From: Eledone cirrhosa
Lineage: Eukaryota
Reading direction: 5' to 3'
Length of the DNA: 64,000 bases
Assembly (NCBI GenBank): GCA_964016885.1
Contig: OZ024746.1
Location: forward strand, 55,242,001-55,306,000
In this document: positions 58,515 through 64,000 of the stretch, piece after piece
How the letters are laid out: each line of letters begins with the position of its first letter
Numbering within the stretch: position 1 is the first letter of the stretch
Notes under the pieces: model-generated
Databases searched by the model: none
What the model was told of the DNA's origin: nothing
The model's input: only the letters and a program-made list of their open reading frames with translations
Program-made: the position numbers and the translations under genes

Positions 58515-59142
58515 ATGAAAAACATGGGGAGAAGAATACTGCATGGTTGCACATCGATTACATATTATAAAATTAGTCCCTCATCAGGGAAATACCAACC
58601 ATCGTTGGTATTTCATCGCATTAAAAATCAGATACCTCAGGTTGGTGCGAGCAATAACTAAAATAAGCTATTGGGACAAGTGAAACGCGTAAAGCGAGTG
58701 AGACAAGTAAACAACAGAAGGAAAAGTAAATCGAAGGTTGGGAAAACACCAAGCAATCATGATAGTTATCCGATCAGCATAAGCTGGGTGAATTTCATGA
58801 GCGGTTAGAGAAGCAGACCGTACGCCGTGAATGCGGTGTGAGAAAGAAGGAACCCCACTACTAGCGAACGGGAGAAAGTGAGAAGGGGAGAAACAGAGGG
58901 TGAGTGAGTGAAAGTGCGAGGAAGAGGTCAGTCGAGAGAAAGTGTTAACTGACAGAGGGGACGTAAGAAGGTATGAGAAAGAGAGAGAACGGGGGAGCAG
59001 TAAGAGAAAAAGAAAGAAAAAGATAATCGCAGTTTAGGTAAATATAATGAAAAACATGGGGAGAAGAATGCACATGGATGCATGGTTGCACATGGATTAC
59101 ATATTATACAATTAGTCCCTCATCAGTGATTTGCCAACCATT
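58511..59142. mobile_element. ORF-less element with a terminal direct repeat of about 100 bp, related to the 8064-9368 tandem
   Basis: TATAATGAAAAACATGGGGAGAAGAAT...GTCCCTCATCAG at about 58511 and 59043; shares ATACCTCAGGTTGGTGCGAGCAA and GTGAGTGAGTGAAAG with the 8 kb unit. Confidence 0.8.
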
Positions 59143-59647
59143 GCGTTTTATTTTCATAATCACGCATGATGTTAAACTAGCCTGCTTTTAAATTCCCTTT
59201 TTGGCATATTAATCAGTGAGACCTTGGTTACCATGTTGAGCTCTGCTATGAACGAAATCCAACCGTGACAATCCCCACTGAAAGTTTTCGTGAAATAGTT
59301 TTTCAAGACTATACAGAGCATTTGAAGTTGTCCCAAATTGAAGGATGAGTACTTTAGACTTTGTTTTATCATGAGTTAAGGCTCTATTGATTTTTCCCAG
59401 GATTTCTCTAAATTCTGTTGAATAAATCTATATCCTGATTCTTTTTGAATTGAGTTTGAATTATTTTTCCCATATCTTATGTTAACTATTTTCCCATTTT
59501 GACGCTATAGTCACTTATATATTATGGAATACTGTTAGCTTCTCGCTACACTAATTTCTATACTTCTTATTTATATATATATATATATAAATTCGTGTTT
59601 GAATTTTTTTCGAGATTTCATATCTGAAAACGTGTGTTGAAACAAAC

Positions 59648-59931
59648 ATTGTTATAACAATGTTTGTTTCTGGGAGGGTCATGTTGCCAATAAAAATACA
59701 CAACACACTAAAACAAGATTGTGTGGGACAGAGCAAAGGAGAGACACCGAAAATAAAAATGTAGTCACTGAAGAGGTCACATAATTTGTGACGAAAGAGC
59801 TTTGACAATATATAAACAAGCAGCCCGTTACACAACCAACCACCAACCGTAAATTTATAATAAATTGAAGTGAAAACCAAGGGGTGCGTGCGTTTTTATT
59901 AGCACCATCATCCTCCCAAAGTATAACAATA
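59648..59931 (+). mobile_element. Short ORF-less repeat with an inverted 5' copy of its own 3' end
   Basis: TGGGAGGGTCATGTTGCCAATAAAAA (about 59671) is complementary to TTTTTATTAGCACCATCATCCTCCCA (about 59893-59918). Confidence 0.8.
59764..59806 (+). ncRNA. Minimal type I hammerhead ribozyme motif
   Basis: GTCA-CTGAAGA-G-GTCACA-TAATT-TGTGAC-GAAA-GAGC-TT^-TGAC. Confidence 0.8.
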
Positions 59932-61142
59932 TCTCTCTCTATATATATATACAATTGGTGTGGGATGCTTAAAGCGTCCGTTGGCGGTATGCCGTTTGAG
60001 CACTCGATGCTCTTACACAACAGAGTATAGGGCTCGATAAGGATAAATATATATAAAAAATAACAGATTAAAGTTTAAGCAAAGAATCGCTGCTTTCACC
60101 CTTAACGGGATCTTCTGAAACATATATATTTAATATACATGCGTTACTTTGTTTTTTGTGTCCAATTATGGATATCACTGTATATTGGAATAGCGTTTCT
60201 AAAACCAGTCTTTTTATATACAATGTTCAAATTGAAGCCAAAAGGTGGCAACTCCCAAATTCAGAAAATTCTAATTTTACAGAACTATATGTAAAAACAA
60301 GGTTTAATGTAACTATAAATAAATACATATGTATGGAAAATATGTGCATAAATTAAGGTGTACATATTTTAAAGCCTAATGAACCAGTTAAATTACGTAT
60401 AATGCACATACCCTTCGCGAAACGTTCGTCTTTAAATTGCCAAGAGAGATAATTCCCAAAGAGAATTCTGGAAAATTGGATGAGGATATTTGTTATACAT
60501 ACCCATATATGAACGTTGTGTATGTCGTTATTAATTGAAATGCATGTGTGCATCCGTGTTTATAATTCAATTTTCTAAATATTAAACCTAATTTTAAAAT
60601 AAAGCTTTTCTAAAAATTAAAAGCCAAATACGGTAGTATCTAGGTGAATATCCCATTACAGATTTAGGCGCGGAGTAGACATTTAGAAAATAGAACATGT
60701 TAGGAAAGTGGATACTTCCTGAAATATATAATATATTATAACCACCGACATTTAAACGAGGCACATATACGTGGAAGACAAGCAAGAAGTGAATGATATC
60801 AAATAAAAGAAATATCCTGTATGACTAAACAAAATCCTTCTCAGCCACCAAAAAAAAAAAAACTATTTGCAAACGAGGAGCGCAGGTGATGAAATAGATA
60901 TAAATTACTAAAAAGATCTTGTATTGGAAACAAGGGAACATCTAAAACACGAGATCCGCACTAAATCTCAAACAATAAATTTTTTACCCAGTTTTAGGTG
61001 ATACTAAGGAGTAAACAATGCAACTACAACGACAAGAAACATGGCAGTTCTATTTTTGGTTATGTTTAGCGAGAACTTGGACAGTTGAGGTGAATGTTTG
61101 GAGGTTGGGTTGTTAGATTTTACAATCGCATGTTCATGACAT

Positions 61143-62280
61143 TGGTGGATTGGCAGTATCGGTAGAGGGTCGGACGTCATGCTTGCAGCAAAGAGTTACG
61201 GCCCTTTATGGTCTGAGTTCAAATTCCGCCGAAGTTAACTTTCATTTCATCCTTACGGGGTCGATAAAATAAAGTATCAGTAATATACTGGGATAATTGC
61301 TGGCCGTGTGTCAAAAATAGAGAACATTATTTAGGTGGATTAGCATTATTGGTAGAGGGTCGGACGCCATGCTTTGCAGCATAGAGTTACGGCTCTGTAT
61401 GATCTGCTTTCAAGTCCCGCCTAGGTTAGCTCTGCTTTTCATCCTTACGGGATCGATAAAATAAAGTTCCTGTCACGCACTGGGGTCAATTTTAATCGAC
61501 TGTCCCCTCCCCCCAAATTGCTGACCTTGTGCCTATATAAAAAACCCTTATTTATGTTTCTTCACATCCATAAAACAAGAAAAAAATATGCATCAGAAGT
61601 TGATAAAATACAACCCTGCCCGTAAGTGTGGCCCTGTCCGTGGGAAGTTATTCGTCTGCGACGTCACTCGTGCCCAGCTGTATTGACATTTGTCTTATAC
61701 TTGTACAACGTTGGTCATTTGGGGAAGAGTGACAAGCAGTTCTCATAATCTAATTTCCACGTGAAACACCAGCGTCAGTTACTAACAAAGTAACAAGGCA
61801 ATTCAGTTACAAACGCCTTCTACTATAGACGTGCTTTAACCAATGTCCCGTGAATGAAAATTGTAAACAGAAACTGTGCGGAAGCCTCAGTGTCGGTAGA
61901 AGGTCGGACGCTTTGCTTTGCTGCATGGAGTTACATCCCTTTACGGTCTGAGTTCAAATCCCGCCGATGTTAACTTTGCCATTCATCCTTACGGAGTCGA
62001 TAAGATAAATAACTAGTAATGCACTGGGGTAATTGCTGGCCTTGTGCAAAAATCAGAAACAATTACTATTATCATTATTAAGGTTGGTGGTGGATTAGCA
62101 GTATCGGTAGAGCGTCGGATACTATGTTTCGCAGCATAGAGTTGCGGCCCTTTACATTCTGAGTTCAAAACCCGCCGAGGTTAGGTTTGCTTTCAGCCAT
62201 ACGGGGTCGATATAATAAAGTACCAGTCACGCACTGATGTCGATTTAATCCTATTTCCTCTCTCCCAAATTATTATTATT
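61143..62280 (+). mobile_element. Four Meta-like SINEs as two head-to-tail pairs (about 61143-61330, 61333-61553, 61890-62080, 62085-62280)
   Basis: Each has a head like GGTAGAGGGTCGGA, a B-box (GAGTTCAAATCCC-like) and TCATCCTTACGGGGTCGATA. Confidence 0.9.
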
Positions 62281-62599
62281 GAAGAATGGGAGAATGAGTT
62301 CCCGTTAGCCAAGCAGAGTTTCAATATTCATTTATTCTGGCTAAGTGGTGAATCTCCAGATGAACAAGGCTCGCTACTAAGCCCATACATTTAAAATGTA
62401 TGGGCCACCGTAGATTTTTTTTTGTTCAGTTGTGGTCACCACCCTATAATGGAGAAGCCCTTCTAAAAGAGGCACCTTCACTATAGAGTTGAGCATATAT
62501 GTTAAGTGTATGAAATTTAATACAAACTAAATAAGCACTCTTGCACTAGAGTGGGCACGTTTTCTTTGCATTTTATCTAACGATGTCCTGCACACACAA

Positions 62600-62933
62600 A
62601 CATGTGGCATAGTCGTTACAGATTTGGGCTTACAATTGAGAGGTTGTGAGTTCGATTCTCGAACCGGGTGATGCGTTGTGTCCTTGAGCAAGACACTTTA
62701 GTTCACGTTGCTCCAGTTTAATCAGCTGTAGAAATGAGTTGCGATGTCACTGGTGCCAAGCTGTATCGGTCATTGTCTTTCCCTTGGACAACAACGGTGG
62801 CGTGAAGAGGAGAGACTGGTATGCATGGGCGACTGTTGGTCTTTCACAAAACAAATCTTGCTCAGGCTTGTGCCTCGGAGGGAAAACTTCTTGGTGCAAA
62901 ACCATGGTCATTCGTGACAGTGTGGGGCCTTCA
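62600..62933 (+). mobile_element. Near full-length tRNA-derived CORE-like SINE
   Basis: A-box TGGCATAGTCG, B-box GAGTTCGATTCTC, core GTGTCCTTGAGCAAGACACTT...CAGCTGTAGAAATGAG; ends in (GA)/(GATA) repeats. Confidence 0.85.
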
Positions 62934-62966
62934 TAGAGAGAGAGAAAGATATATATATAGAGAGAC

Positions 62967-63031
<65 letters not shown>

Positions 63032-63040
63032 AACACACAC

Positions 63041-63071
<31 letters not shown>

Positions 63072-64000
63072 TCGTATTTTCGTGTTTGTTCATGTATGTC
63101 TGATTTAATGTCGCATTAACTAGCTTTTCGACAAACAGAAAGATCTTTAAAATGAGTGGGAGACTTGTAAAATATATATCATGGGGTCGATATGACGGAC
63201 TAAAACTTTTCAAGTTGATGCACAATGATGGCAGTTGTATAGCGATTGAAACCAGTAAAAACAAAGATATATGTTACCACTTAGTAGCTCTATTTGGGGT
63301 AGTAGTATATTTCGGAAAGTCAGAACGCGCAGAATCACAAACGATCTATTATCACCCCTGATTTATTGGTATTTTCTTAAATGCAAGGCGATTGTTTTCT
63401 ACAATAGTTCAGCATGCCCTGATGCCAACAGCTTAAATAATTTCACTAAACACATTGGTCGATGTAAAAAGAAATTCATTTTGACACCCAATAACAAACA
63501 TAATTGTTTGAAGCCAACGAGGGAATGTTTACGTGTTGACACGATCTGCTAAAAGTAATTGCCCAATCTTCCTCAAATTAAACGCTCACCATAAGTGAGA
63601 TGGAGCAGGCTTTCATATATTTTTGCTGTTCGGTTAACGTTGGCCATTCAAGGCAGCATGGCTGATTGTATTAAGAAGTTCACTCTACAATCGTATGGTA
63701 ACGGGATCAAACTCATTGTCTGGCTACTTAGCACGTTCTATTCACAAAAGTCAATCGGCGATTCAAGAGCCATGCAATGGAATCGAACTTAAACCCCCAT
63801 GATTACGAAACAAAATAGTTTAAATAAGATTGTCTGTATAACATATGAGATGTCATGGTTATACCACCAATCCACCAGATTTGATCTGGGGTTAATAAAA
63901 AATAAACAAAGACGACTGCAACAGTTGAATTCAGAGCCACACTCAGTTTCCAATGCCTGCCTAACTATGCCACCCGATGGCAATGTTTCGGCAGCCCTAA

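Overview
AT-rich, gene-poor eukaryotic DNA made almost entirely of microsatellites ((TA)n, (CA)n, (GA)n, (GATA)n, (CTA)n) and transposon relics. The SINE complement and repeat load suggest a cephalopod (Octopus-like) genome, which is an inference. I found no host exon I can support, and most ORF-track entries are microsatellite translations. Recognisable content: at least six Penelope-like retroelement (PLE) coding remnants (three Naiad-like), two 3' ends of a Tx1/L1-type LINE in GATA repeats, two mariner remnants, two tRNA-derived SINE families, a probable Helitron end and a 200-N gap. The notable signal is about a dozen type I hammerhead-ribozyme-like motifs from several unrelated families (three with intact cores and stems, at 22.4, 34.8 and 59.8 kb). 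They sit at PLE 3' ends or in short, ORF-less, often fold-back cassettes lying between (TA)n tracts. All calls were made by eye; the listed motif coordinates were counted, and element boundaries are approximate.
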